64,000 nucleotides of DNA from Escherichia phage UGKSEcP2: sequence record OV876900; one strand, written 5' to 3'. Shown here piece by piece: positions 27,534 through 37,385 of the stretch; positions within the stretch are counted from its first letter, which is position 1, and each line of letters begins with the position of its first letter. Position numbers and translations under genes: made by a program. Under the pieces are notes generated by a model. The model was given only the letters and a program-made list of their open reading frames with translations, was not told the DNA's origin and searched no databases.

Positions 27534-28628
27534 ATGGCAATTGTTAAAGAAATAACTGCTGATTTAATTAAAAAGTCCGGTGAGAAAATTTCAGCCGGAC
27601 AGAGTACTAAATCAGAAGTAGGAACTAAAACATACACAGCCCAGTTTCCAACTGGGCGTGCTAGTGGGAATGACACTACAGGGGACTTCCAGGTAACAGA
27701 TCTATATAAGAATGGATTATTATTTACTGCATACAATATGTCATCTAGGGATTCTGGAAGTCTCAGAACGATGAGATCTAACTACTCTTCTTCATCTTCT
27801 AGTATTTTACGTACAGCCAGAAACACTATCAGTAATACAGTATCAAAACTATCAAATGGATTAATATCAGATAATAATTCAGGAACAATAAGTAAAGTTC
27901 CTGTTGCAAATATTCTTTTACCGAGATCTAAATCCGATGTTGATACATCATCACATAGATTTAACGATGTTCAAGATAGTCTTATTACAAAAGGTGGAGG
28001 TACTGCTACTGGCGTGTTAAGCAATATGGCTTCAACTGCAGTATTTGGAGCACTGGAAAGTATAACACAAGGTATAATGGCTGATAATAATGAACAGATT
28101 TATACGACAGCCAGAAGTATGTATGGTGGTGCTGAGAATAGAACTAAAGTGTTCACTTGGGATTTGACTCCGCGTTCCACAGAAGATTTAATGGCTATTA
28201 TTAATATCTATCAATATTTTAACTATTTTTCTTACGGTGAAACGGGTAAATCTCAATATGCTGCTGAAATAAAAGGATATCTAGATGAGTGGTATCGCTC
28301 TACTTTTATTGAGCCATTAACTCCAGAAGATGCAGTTAAAAATAAGACGTTATTTGAGAAAATGACATCGAGTTTAACTAACGTTCTTGTAGTTTCAAAC
28401 CCGACAATTTGGATGGTTAAAAACTTTGGCGCAACTTCTAAATTTGACGGAAAAACAGAAGTGTTTGGACCGTGTCAAATTCAAAGTATTAGATTTGATA
28501 AAACTCCGAATGGTAATTTTAACGGATTAGCTATTGCTCCAAACCTCCCTAGTACATTTACTCTTGAGATTACTATGAGAGAAATTATCACGTTAAATCG
28601 TGCTTCTTTATATGCGGGGACTTTTTAA
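27534..28628 (+). CDS. 48: baseplate tail tube cap gp48
   Basis: 364 aa, T4 gp48 length. Confidence 0.92.
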   Translation: MAIVKEITADLIKKSGEKISAGQSTKSEVGTKTYTAQFPTGRASGNDTTGDFQVTDLYKNGLLFTAYNMSSRDSGSLRTMRSNYSSSSSSILRTARNTISNTVSKLSNGLISDNNSGTISKVPVANILLPRSKSDVDTSSHRFNDVQDSLITKGGGTATGVLSNMASTAVFGALESITQGIMADNNEQIYTTARSMYGGAENRTKVFTWDLTPRSTEDLMAIINIYQYFNYFSYGETGKSQYAAEIKGYLDEWYRSTFIEPLTPEDAVKNKTLFEKMTSSLTNVLVVSNPTIWMVKNFGATSKFDGKTEVFGPCQIQSIRFDKTPNGNFNGLAIAPNLPSTFTLEITMREIITLNRASLYAGTF

Positions 28629-29593
28629 TGTATTCTTTAGAGGAATTTAATAATCAAGCAATAAACGCAGATTTCCAACGTAATAATATGTTTAGCTGCG
28701 TTTTTGCGACAACTCCATCAACTAAAAGCTCTTCGTTGATAAGTTCAATTAGCAACTTTTCTTATAATAATTTGGGTCTAAATTCAGACTGGTTAGGATT
28801 GTCTCAAGGCGATATTAATCAGGGAATTACCACGCTAATTACTGCTGGCACACAAAAACTGATAAGAAAATCAGGGGTTAGTAAATATCTTATTGGTGCC
28901 ATGAGTCAACGTACAGTTCAAAGTTTATTGGGCTCATTTACAGTTGGTACATATTTAATTGACTTCTTTAACATGGCATATAACTCATCTGGGTTGATGA
29001 TATATTCTGTAAAAATGCCAGAGAATAGATTATCCTATGAAACTGACTGGAACTATAATTCTCCTAATATTCGTATAACTGGGAGAGAATTAGACCCTTT
29101 GGTTATTTCATTTAGAATGGATTCAGAAGCTTGTAACTATCGTGCAATGCAAGACTGGGTTAACGCTGTTCAAGACCCAGTAACTGGACTGCGTGCTTTG
29201 CCACAAGATGTCGAGGCAGATATTCAGGTTAATCTTCATGCTCGTAATGGATTACCTCATACTGCGGTGATGTTCACCGGATGCATTCCAGTGTCAGTGA
29301 GCGCTCCTGAGTTATCATATGATGGAGATAACCAAATAACTACATTTGATGTTACTTTTGCGTATAGAGTCATGCAGGCTGGAGCAGTTGATAGACAAGC
29401 TGCCCTTGAATGGCTTGAATCTGCTGCTATAAACGGTATTCAAAGCGTTCTCGGAAATAGTGGAGGCGTTACTGGATTATCTAATTCGCTTTCACGACTT
29501 AGTAGATTAGGGGGAACTGCTGGAAGCATTTCAAACATTAATACTATGACAGGAATTGTCAATTCGCAAAGTAAAATATTAGGAGCAATATAA
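28628..29593 (+). CDS. 54: baseplate tail tube initiator gp54
   Basis: 321 aa; start overlaps gene 48 stop. Confidence 0.92.
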   Translation: MYSLEEFNNQAINADFQRNNMFSCVFATTPSTKSSSLISSISNFSYNNLGLNSDWLGLSQGDINQGITTLITAGTQKLIRKSGVSKYLIGAMSQRTVQSLLGSFTVGTYLIDFFNMAYNSSGLMIYSVKMPENRLSYETDWNYNSPNIRITGRELDPLVISFRMDSEACNYRAMQDWVNAVQDPVTGLRALPQDVEADIQVNLHARNGLPHTAVMFTGCIPVSVSAPELSYDGDNQITTFDVTFAYRVMQAGAVDRQAALEWLESAAINGIQSVLGNSGGVTGLSNSLSRLSRLGGTAGSISNINTMTGIVNSQSKILGAI

Positions 29594-29595
29594 CA

Positions 29596-29625
29596 ATGGG
29601 GACCGAAAGGTCCCCATATTTTTAT
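29596..29625. terminator. bidirectional terminator between gene 54 and the alt region
   Basis: ggggacc-gaaa-ggtcccc followed by tatttttattt. Confidence 0.7.
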
Positions 29626-29912
29626 TTACGGAATGAAATAAAAGCAGCAACTGAAGCGACTAAACTGTCTTCAATATAAACTTCAATTTTTACCGGAGCT
29701 TCTGACTCAAATTTACCTGTTACTACACCTTGGAAAATGCTTTCAGTCTGTTCTGGCTTTGAAAAATTTTCAGAAGGAAAAATTCCGAACTTTTTATCTG
29801 TTCCAAAAATTTTGATAAATTCATCATAAACTGCTTCATTAAAAGCGTTATCAGCAGGAATAACGCCTTCAACTACAAGTTCTTGACCTAAAAAGCGTAA
29901 AGAAGATTTCAT
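29622..29912 (-). CDS. hypothetical protein (position of T4 alt.-3)
   Basis: 96 aa ATG ORF preceded by early promoter and GAGGA. Confidence 0.6.
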   Translation of the reverse strand: MKSSLRFLGQELVVEGVIPADNAFNEAVYDEFIKIFGTDKKFGIFPSENFSKPEQTESIFQGVVTGKFESEAPVKIEVYIEDSLVASVAAFISFRK

Positions 29913-29920
29913 TTTGTGTT

Positions 29921-29973
29921 CCTCATGTTATGTCAGTAAGATTATTATAACACAGCACGAGGGACTTGTAAAC
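29921..29973 (-). repeat. 53-bp early promoter/leader cassette, copy 1 (copy 2 at 45437..45489, 52 of 53 identical)
   Basis: cctcatgttatgtcagtaagattattataacacagcacgagggacttgtaaac compared with the copy upstream of alc, one mismatch. Confidence 0.8.
29944..29973 (-). promoter_or_regulatory. T4-type early promoter (GTTTAC-N18-TATAAT with TG extension)
   Basis: Minus-strand GTTTACAagtccctcgtgctgtgtTATAAT upstream of 96-aa ORF. Confidence 0.6.
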
Positions 29974-32030
29974 TACATCTTGAACTTTTTAGACATTCCG
30001 TTGATGTTAACCAAAGAAGCCAAGATTTGAGAAACTTCGTTTTCCTCTTCTTTTGATTCTTCTACAAGGAATTGATTAAACCCAGCCATTGGACGAACTT
30101 CACCAGTTTCCATTAGATGATCGCCATCATATACCGATTCTTCTAATTGTTCAGAAGGAGGAACGATTGTGCCTTCGATTAGATACTTGTTATAAGCAGT
30201 TTCTTTCATCATGTACGTGCTTACTTTATTAATCTTCAGCAAAATTCCACGCGGTAGAATAACTTCAGCTTCTGATGGAAATCCTGATAAATGACCTGGA
30301 ACGATAACTTTGATTCGCTCAGCCCCTTTAATTACCATACCTACGCTAGTTTCAGCATCTTCATTCGCATAAGCAGAATGACTGCCCATATGCATTAAAT
30401 CTTCAGCATCAACAGAACCTTCTCCTTCACCAGAAAATACTGCGCCGGAATCATCTAGAGCCATATAGTTTTTACCATGCTCACCGAAGATATTTGGTTT
30501 AAGCGATGTTGATACGAAGTTCTTGAAATAGAACATTTTATTTTCAATATTATGGCGTAAAGTTTTAAAAGTAACTTCTTGACCACGATAAAGCGTAGTT
30601 CCCGGAGGAAGAACTGATCCTTTGGCGAATGCAGAATCCATTGTCTCGATGTGTTTAATAGCTCGTTCCATGTATTCTTCACGGGTAGAATCCGGTTTAC
30701 CTAAAAGGAACGAGTTCATTTCAACATATGAATCTGCACAATAATCTTCAATTACATCAGACTCAGCCTGAGTTAATCCTTTTGGAGTTACTTCGGTGCT
30801 TGCGTATTCATATGCCTGAGCAGCAGATTCATTAATCAATTTATAAATGCTATTCATGACAAATTGAATAATAGCTACTTTTTCGTCTGGCGTGGCTTTA
30901 GAACCTTTAACTAAATCATTGATAATTTTCTTAATAACATCAAAGCTATTAGAAATATTAATGTCAGCGAGATCGCTCAAAATTTTATCGGTTTTATAAT
31001 CAAAGAATTCTTTATTCTTTAAATATTCTTGAGAACCTTGATATGTTATATCGCTCTGCAGTCTGATAGACGGATCACGTAAACGTGCATGGGCCAATGC
31101 AATATGATTTCGGAAGCTTTCTAGTTCATAATCGTTAGATTTAAAACGAGAAGCACTTCTCATACCACCGATAGCTCCTTTGCTGAAGTTTGAACCAATC
31201 TGAATAACGCCAGAGTTCATTGGTCCTTCTGCTTTATATACTGGAACTTTAGATTCAAACTCTTGATATTTCTTAGCAGCGAAGCTATCGCCCTGGAGTG
31301 AAGCATCGACAGTAGAATATTGAGCTTGTGCTGCTAATCGACGACTAATTTTAGTTTTCTGAATAACAGCTTGATCCGTGCGCTTATCATTTTCTAAAGC
31401 AATAGAAGCAGCAACAGCAACAGCTTTAGGAACAGCATTACCTGTTTTAACATCTACATAAACATCACCAACCTTTGATTCAACTTTTGTGAATAACTCA
31501 GTTGAAATAGGAGGTACACCTGGAATGTCTTCTAAATTGGCATTTTTACGGTAAACCATAATATATGCATACTTTTTATCATAATCCCAGATTTCCTTTA
31601 AAAGAACATATCGACCTGCTCCTTTAGTACGTACTAAACGGTCAGCAATAACTTGCATCTGACGAGCAGCGCCATTTGTTTTACTTTTTAGTACGCGGAA
31701 TAGGCATGCGTCAATTTTATACTGTTTCATTGTTTGAAGAGCAGTATCAAAAACCGCATTAATGACACCAATTGGATTTCCACCCAAGTTTTTAAGTTTA
31801 ACTAATGATAGTTTCTCATTAACACCTATCATTACGATATGCATCATTTTATCGCCTGGCTTAACGTTTTTATTTGTATCACCGCCAGAGGTGTATGTAC
31901 AAAATCTAAATCCAGGAAGCACGCTTTCTTCACCGGCTTGAATAGCAAAAATTTGAGGTATTTTATGCTTAGGATTTAAGTTAACAACCGGCGCCGAAGC
32001 GCCGTCAAATAATTCTGTAATAAGTTCCAT
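29973..32030 (-). CDS. alt: Alt-family ADP-ribosyltransferase, paralog A (685 aa)
   Basis: N-terminus MELITELFD; C-terminal R-S-EXE motifs (YRGQ, FVSTSL, EAEVILPRG); T4 Alt is about 682 aa. Confidence 0.85.
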   Translation of the reverse strand: MELITELFDGASAPVVNLNPKHKIPQIFAIQAGEESVLPGFRFCTYTSGGDTNKNVKPGDKMMHIVMIGVNEKLSLVKLKNLGGNPIGVINAVFDTALQTMKQYKIDACLFRVLKSKTNGAARQMQVIADRLVRTKGAGRYVLLKEIWDYDKKYAYIMVYRKNANLEDIPGVPPISTELFTKVESKVGDVYVDVKTGNAVPKAVAVAASIALENDKRTDQAVIQKTKISRRLAAQAQYSTVDASLQGDSFAAKKYQEFESKVPVYKAEGPMNSGVIQIGSNFSKGAIGGMRSASRFKSNDYELESFRNHIALAHARLRDPSIRLQSDITYQGSQEYLKNKEFFDYKTDKILSDLADINISNSFDVIKKIINDLVKGSKATPDEKVAIIQFVMNSIYKLINESAAQAYEYASTEVTPKGLTQAESDVIEDYCADSYVEMNSFLLGKPDSTREEYMERAIKHIETMDSAFAKGSVLPPGTTLYRGQEVTFKTLRHNIENKMFYFKNFVSTSLKPNIFGEHGKNYMALDDSGAVFSGEGEGSVDAEDLMHMGSHSAYANEDAETSVGMVIKGAERIKVIVPGHLSGFPSEAEVILPRGILLKINKVSTYMMKETAYNKYLIEGTIVPPSEQLEESVYDGDHLMETGEVRPMAGFNQFLVEESKEEENEVSQILASLVNINGMSKKFKM

Positions 32031-32033
32031 GAT

Positions 32034-34130
32034 TTATCCTTGAACGAACTTGTAAGGCATGTTTGCAATATCTATGCAAGATGCAATAATTCCAAGAGAT
32101 GATTCTACTTTTTGTTTAACATTTGATGAAACAAATGATGCAAAGTCAACTCTGTCTTCTATTTCAATATCATCTGTCATTGCAACTACTTCACCAGTTT
32201 CCATTAGACGGTCACCGTCATAAATTACCGATTCGGTGAGTTCTTCCGTAGTCATAACTTCAGCTTGAATGAGTTTTGTATTATTAGATGTTGTTCCGTC
32301 ATTATTAGAAGCATCAGTTATTTTATTAACTTTGACCATCAATCCGCGTGGTAGAATAACTTCAGCTTCTGTTGCTATTCCGAGACTTCCTGGATATACA
32401 ACATTAACTTTATGAGCTCCATCAATTGCCCATCCTATTTGAACTTTAACGTATTCAGGATTTTCTTTATACGCTCTTATTTCATTTGGATTAATAGTTA
32501 TTCCTTCTTCATTTTTATCAACTGTTAATTCATTACGAGCTTCTGGTTCTAAAAGACCAATACCAGCATGCGTAATTCCAAAACGTCCAAAAATGATAGG
32601 AGTTAAAGAAGTAGATACAAAATTTCTGAAATAGAACACTTTATTTTTAACTAGTGCTTCGTATATAGGAGCAGTCATGCTTTGAGCACGATAAACTGTA
32701 ATGCCTTCTGGTATACGGTCACCATTTTCAAAGGCTGAATCTAAATTATTTATCGCAGATTCAATTTCTTTTTCACTCATTACCTCATATCGTTCTGGAT
32801 TGTAGCGACCTAAAAGAAGATTATTGATGTCAGTATATCCTGAACCACAATACTCTCTAATGCCGCGCTTTTGTGATGGAGTATATTTAGAACCATCACG
32901 AGCAATAGTAATATCAATCATTGGACCTGCACCAATTCCAGAAAAACTATAAATCATTCTTTTGAGGAATTTAGTTTTTGCTGCATTCCAGGAATTTTTA
33001 GTTATTTCTTCCCAGACTTCATCTGTCTGTCCTTTACGAGTTTTATTATGTTTATCAAGCCAGTTATCTTTATATTCTTCAAATAATTGATTAACAACTG
33101 TTGCGTATTTCTCTAAACATTTTATTGAAGTAGTTGGTTCATTTTTAATCGCATTAAGAATTACATCTTTAATTTTTTCAGAAACTTCATTAACCTCACT
33201 TTTTGAAAAGAATTTATAGTCATAATGAAGTTCATCTGCAGTTCCTTCAGCAATAATTTTTGCTGCCTTAGTTTTAGAAGCTAATGAATTAATTCCAAGC
33301 TTCATTTCTTCTGCTTCGGGAATTAAAGGAGCTGTAGCAGGTTTATTGAAATTAGCTGCGGTAGATTCATACTTCTGGAATAATTCACTTTCAAATCTAG
33401 AAGATTCCAATGATTGACTTTGTGCAATTGCTCTACGGGAAATTTTAACTTTAACGATTACAGCTTGGTCAGAACGTTTATCATTTTCTTGTGCAATAGA
33501 TGCTGCAATTGCCTCATTTTTAGTTACTTGAGCTCCAGTATCTTTATTGATATAAACATCACCGACTTTCGATTCAACTTTAGTAAAGAGCTCGGTACTA
33601 ATTTCTGGAACTCCTGGAATGTCTTCTAATGATACATTTTTGCGATGTATAAGAATATATGCGTACTTTTTATCGTAATCCCAGAGTTCCTTAAGAAGGA
33701 CGTATCTGCCACCTGAACGACTGCGGATAAGTCTATCAGCAATAAGTTGAATTTGTCGAGCTTGACCAGCAGTTTTAGACTTAAGAATACGGAGCATACA
33801 GGCATCAATTTTATACTGACGCATCGTTTGCATTGCAACTGTAAAAACTGAATTGATATAATTAATTGGGCTTGGACCGAGACCTTTTAATTTAGCAATT
33901 GAACCTTTAGCAGTTAATGTAAAAGGAACAATATGCATCATTTTATCGCCCATCTTTAAATCGCGATTAGTATCACCTCCAGATGTATAGGTACATAAAC
34001 GAAAGCCTGGTTGTTCAATTGCGTCATCAACATGAACTGAAAAAATTTGCGGTATTTTCTTCTTTGGATTTAAGTTTGTAATCGGAAGAGTAGTATCTTC
34101 GTCAAATAATTCTGTAATGAGTTCCATCAT
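32034..34130 (-). CDS. Alt-family ADP-ribosyltransferase, paralog B (698 aa)
   Basis: N-terminal 230 aa about 70 percent identical to paralog A; C-terminal YRAQ, FVSTSL, EAEVILPRG motifs; own TATAAATA late promoter. Confidence 0.85.
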   Translation of the reverse strand: MMELITELFDEDTTLPITNLNPKKKIPQIFSVHVDDAIEQPGFRLCTYTSGGDTNRDLKMGDKMMHIVPFTLTAKGSIAKLKGLGPSPINYINSVFTVAMQTMRQYKIDACMLRILKSKTAGQARQIQLIADRLIRSRSGGRYVLLKELWDYDKKYAYILIHRKNVSLEDIPGVPEISTELFTKVESKVGDVYINKDTGAQVTKNEAIAASIAQENDKRSDQAVIVKVKISRRAIAQSQSLESSRFESELFQKYESTAANFNKPATAPLIPEAEEMKLGINSLASKTKAAKIIAEGTADELHYDYKFFSKSEVNEVSEKIKDVILNAIKNEPTTSIKCLEKYATVVNQLFEEYKDNWLDKHNKTRKGQTDEVWEEITKNSWNAAKTKFLKRMIYSFSGIGAGPMIDITIARDGSKYTPSQKRGIREYCGSGYTDINNLLLGRYNPERYEVMSEKEIESAINNLDSAFENGDRIPEGITVYRAQSMTAPIYEALVKNKVFYFRNFVSTSLTPIIFGRFGITHAGIGLLEPEARNELTVDKNEEGITINPNEIRAYKENPEYVKVQIGWAIDGAHKVNVVYPGSLGIATEAEVILPRGLMVKVNKITDASNNDGTTSNNTKLIQAEVMTTEELTESVIYDGDRLMETGEVVAMTDDIEIEDRVDFASFVSSNVKQKVESSLGIIASCIDIANMPYKFVQG

Positions 34131-34150
34131 ATCCTCTCTAGTGTTTATTC

Positions 34151-34158
34151 TATTTATA
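34151..34158 (-). promoter_or_regulatory. late promoter TATAAATA for Alt paralog B
   Basis: Minus-strand TATAAATA about 21 nt upstream of ATG 34130. Confidence 0.55.
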
Positions 34159-34179
34159 AAATTAAAGGCCCGAAGGCCT

Positions 34180-34368
34180 TTAATAATCTATTGGTAAGAG
34201 AGTACGATATATTTCAAACTTTGGACCTTTTTCATAGGCATCAAATGTTTCTGTGAATTTATTATAAGCATATGCATCTATAAATTCAATCATAATTTGT
34301 GATACAGAAGTAGAAACATCTCCACCTTCTTTTTGAGCCACGACAATTGTTTCTAAGTAAGCTTTCAT
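34180..34368 (-). CDS. hypothetical protein, 62 aa
   Basis: ATG overlaps ligase stop (ATGA); stop lies inside a UUCG hairpin. Confidence 0.5.
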   Translation of the reverse strand: MKAYLETIVVAQKEGGDVSTSVSQIMIEFIDAYAYNKFTETFDAYEKGPKFEIYRTLLPIDY

Positions 34369-35825
34369 AGACCAGTTACCTCATGAAAATCACCAAATAC
34401 ATCCTCGAATGTATTAGCTTTAGTTTTATCTTCACGTAAACGAATCGCAATCGGAAGAAATAATTTAACGTAATCAGTGCGGCCATCAGATTTTAACCAA
34501 CCGTTGCATTCGCACTCTAGAATTTTTCCAATATAATAATTTTGGTTTTCCATAATGCGAGTACGGTCAAGTTCATGCGATTTTACACCGGCTTTATCTT
34601 TTAAGCCTGAACCAGCATTTACTTTAATTTTTCCACACTCTGATTCAAGAATAAATCCACCTGCTTTAGTAGGGTCTTTACGGTGAGGATAAATTCCTAC
34701 AATTTTTAAATCAACATCAATTACTTCTTTAAATTTATAAAGATTTTTTGAACGAGCATTTTCCCACAATCCATCGGTATTTTTGAGAATAATACCTTCA
34801 AGACCTTGGTCAATATACTTTTTATAAATTACCTTAGCTTCATCTAGGTTATTTACTACCTGGTTTTCAATTAAAATTACTTTATCATATCCTGATGTCA
34901 TTTGTTCTAGTTTAGAAAAACGTACATCATATTTTAAACGAAACGCCGGAAGACCGTATATTTCTACCAACGGGACATAATCCCAGACCTGAAACTTCAT
35001 GCATTGAGCTTCTTTTTCTGAAATAGTTCCCTTTAAAGATTTATTGGCGATTCCATTAGAAGCAGTACGCGATTCAGCTACTTCGGAAAACTCTTTAGCT
35101 TTACTGATTTCAGGAGCATCAAAAAGAAAATCTAGGCCTTCTGGCTCCTTTTCAACCTGCTCATGGTATACCAATTCGCCATCAATTAACACGCCTTCTG
35201 GATGAATCTGGCGAGCTTCAGCAGTCATTTTGATTAACTCTTCCTTAAGAAGATCTAATCCTAGATATTCATTACCAGCTCGTGATAAAAGACGAACATC
35301 ATCTAATTCATCACCTCGGACTTCAGCAAAACACCGAGCTCCATCTGCTTTTAACTGTGCAAAAGCTGGAAATTTGATATTCTTACTAATGCCTTTTTCA
35401 TCATAAGAACTTGCCAGCATTTGAGGCTGTTCAGGAATTAAACCTGGCCAAACTTTATTTGCGATAGATACTGAAGCACCGCATTCAAGATCTCGCATCA
35501 TAACTCGACGCAAAACTTCAACATCATCCTTTTTACCATCAGTGATATATCCAGTTAATTCCTCAATTGCAGCATTTCCAGTCAATTTCCGAGTAGCTAA
35601 CGTGAATTCAATGAAGTCAAGCATATCGGTAATAGTCAGCATTCCAAAACTCTGGGTAGCAATACCAGGTTTAGGCCATTTCTTGATATAATACTGTAAC
35701 CCACGAGAATAAGTCAGACGATATACTCGTTTAAGCAATTCATTATCTTTATTCTTTTCAAGAATTGCTTGCTTCTGCTTAGTTGATCCAATAGATGCTA
35801 TTTCATTCAGAATTTTAAGAATCAT
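34365..35825 (-). CDS. 30: ATP-dependent DNA ligase gp30
   Basis: 486 aa; N-terminus MILKILNEIASIGSTKQKQ and adenylation lysine motif AQLKADGARC match recalled T4 DNA ligase. Confidence 0.95.
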   Translation of the reverse strand: MILKILNEIASIGSTKQKQAILEKNKDNELLKRVYRLTYSRGLQYYIKKWPKPGIATQSFGMLTITDMLDFIEFTLATRKLTGNAAIEELTGYITDGKKDDVEVLRRVMMRDLECGASVSIANKVWPGLIPEQPQMLASSYDEKGISKNIKFPAFAQLKADGARCFAEVRGDELDDVRLLSRAGNEYLGLDLLKEELIKMTAEARQIHPEGVLIDGELVYHEQVEKEPEGLDFLFDAPEISKAKEFSEVAESRTASNGIANKSLKGTISEKEAQCMKFQVWDYVPLVEIYGLPAFRLKYDVRFSKLEQMTSGYDKVILIENQVVNNLDEAKVIYKKYIDQGLEGIILKNTDGLWENARSKNLYKFKEVIDVDLKIVGIYPHRKDPTKAGGFILESECGKIKVNAGSGLKDKAGVKSHELDRTRIMENQNYYIGKILECECNGWLKSDGRTDYVKLFLPIAIRLREDKTKANTFEDVFGDFHEVTGL

Positions 35826-36091
35826 TGCTCATCCTTCAAGGTTTGGTTTACAGCTCTATTATAAATCAATTCATCATTAAGCTCAGGCAAAGACCTATGA
35901 TATGTAGTTCTAACTTTATTTCCTTGCATCCAGTGCTTAACGTAAATGAAACCTTGCTCTACACATTTTTTAAAAATTCGTTCGTCTTTTTGAGCTCGGA
36001 ATTCTGGATTACATCTAAAAAATTGATTTACGTGACCGTAATCACGTGTAGTATTACCTTCATTTTCATAAATAGTGTGAACGACAAACAT
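35822..36091 (-). CDS. hypothetical protein (position of T4 30.1)
   Basis: 89 aa; ATGA overlap with ligase start; the antisense plus-strand ORF 35825..36094 has low-complexity F/I/L/S composition and is rejected. Confidence 0.6.
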   Translation of the reverse strand: MFVVHTIYENEGNTTRDYGHVNQFFRCNPEFRAQKDERIFKKCVEQGFIYVKHWMQGNKVRTTYHRSLPELNDELIYNRAVNQTLKDEQ

Positions 36092-36930
36092 TAGAATGCT
36101 CCTTGGAAAATATTATCACCGCTAGTAGGTCTATTATACAAATACTCTATGCCACCAGGTTTAATATAGTTCCATGTCTGAAATGGATGTGTCTGATATG
36201 GATGATATAGATGATTATAAGGATTAAATCCAGGCGTTCTCCAGGTAGTGTTCCAAGTAAAAGAATCGTTTTTAACCATCTTCTCAATTAAATCTTTTAT
36301 AGCTTTTTCACTATCAAAACTTTCTTTATTTTCCTTCGGCGAAAAAAGCTTATTTTCTACATCATTCCATGTATAAACTCGCTGGGCAGTTTTTGGAATA
36401 TTGTCACGCTCTCCTCGAGCCATCCAATAAACTGGAACATTTAATATTTCACTCGCATGATCGCAGTGGTGAGCGAGATCGTCAATATAACAAATTACGT
36501 TATATTTCTCTTTTGCCTTTTTGAACAGCTCTTCTTTTGAAGAATCATGACCACACATCATTACTTCTGAGAAGGCACCAGGAAAAAGAGCATTCAAATT
36601 AAATTGACGATTCAGCAGAGCGTCAATAGAATCACCCAATGCTGTAACAGCTACAAAATTATAATCTTCTTTTAATTTATTAATTACACACAGGGCATCT
36701 TTATATGGAGACAAGTAACGAATAAAATCTGATCGATTATATTTTTCAATTAGCTTGACACCGAGTTCTTCATCACAATTAAAGAGTTTACCTGGAGAAA
36801 TAAATTTCTCATCTTGGATCATTTTTAAAATATGTTCTAACGGAAGATTATATTTCTGAGCAAAATAAGGAAGACCTGATTGCCAGCTTAAACATACTCC
36901 ATCAATATCAGTTAAAATAGTAGGCTTCAT
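36091..36930 (-). CDS. HAD-superfamily hydrolase-like protein (position of T4 30.2)
   Basis: 279 aa; N-terminal DIDGV motif typical of HAD motif I. Confidence 0.65.
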   Translation of the reverse strand: MKPTILTDIDGVCLSWQSGLPYFAQKYNLPLEHILKMIQDEKFISPGKLFNCDEELGVKLIEKYNRSDFIRYLSPYKDALCVINKLKEDYNFVAVTALGDSIDALLNRQFNLNALFPGAFSEVMMCGHDSSKEELFKKAKEKYNVICYIDDLAHHCDHASEILNVPVYWMARGERDNIPKTAQRVYTWNDVENKLFSPKENKESFDSEKAIKDLIEKMVKNDSFTWNTTWRTPGFNPYNHLYHPYQTHPFQTWNYIKPGGIEYLYNRPTSGDNIFQGAF

Positions 36931-37385
36931 AGAGAGTCTCTTAATAGGTTTAACACATCAATAAATTCAGCTTCGGTTAGTATTGTATCATCTTTTGTTA
37001 GACCACTAGCCATGCTGTGCTTCAAAACTTTTCCTTTCGAGGCTTGTAATGCATCACGAAAGCCCCTGTTTTGGAACGCTGCTTCAAAATATGCATTTGT
37101 GTATAATTCTTTCCACGCTGGAGAGTATCTTGAAAACGGAACTCCAAGCCAGAAGAGGGTCCCACGGTCCTGAGCTCTAGCATAAGCTCGTCCAGCTTGT
37201 TGGGCGGCAAGCCCGGATAACCCAAATATACGATGTTGCTGTTCAACATTTTTCACCTTGCATCCTTGGAGGAATCCTTCGAGACCTCCAAATTGGATAC
37301 CATCCATAACAAAAGGCCATTGGGCGAAATTACTTAATGCACATGATGGCCATCTAAAATTGCTTCTAATCTCTAACTCAGACAT
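36927..37385 (-). CDS. NADAR (YbiA-like, DUF1768) family protein (position of T4 30.3)
   Basis: Track start is TTG at 37391; ATG at 37385; motif LSNFAQWP...DG...EGFLQGCK resembles YbiA FSNFAAWP...EHYFQAQK from memory. Confidence 0.6.
   Translation of the reverse strand: MSELEIRSNFRWPSCALSNFAQWPFVMDGIQFGGLEGFLQGCKVKNVEQQHRIFGLSGLAAQQAGRAYARAQDRGTLFWLGVPFSRYSPAWKELYTNAYFEAAFQNRGFRDALQASKGKVLKHSMASGLTKDDTILTEAEFIDVLNLLRDSL

Noticed and set aside
35825-36094. 89-aa plus-strand ORF exactly antisense to the minus-strand 89-aa gene
   Set aside because: F/I/L/S-dominated composition typical of antisense frames; the minus-strand ORF has balanced composition and ATGA coupling to the ligase gene.
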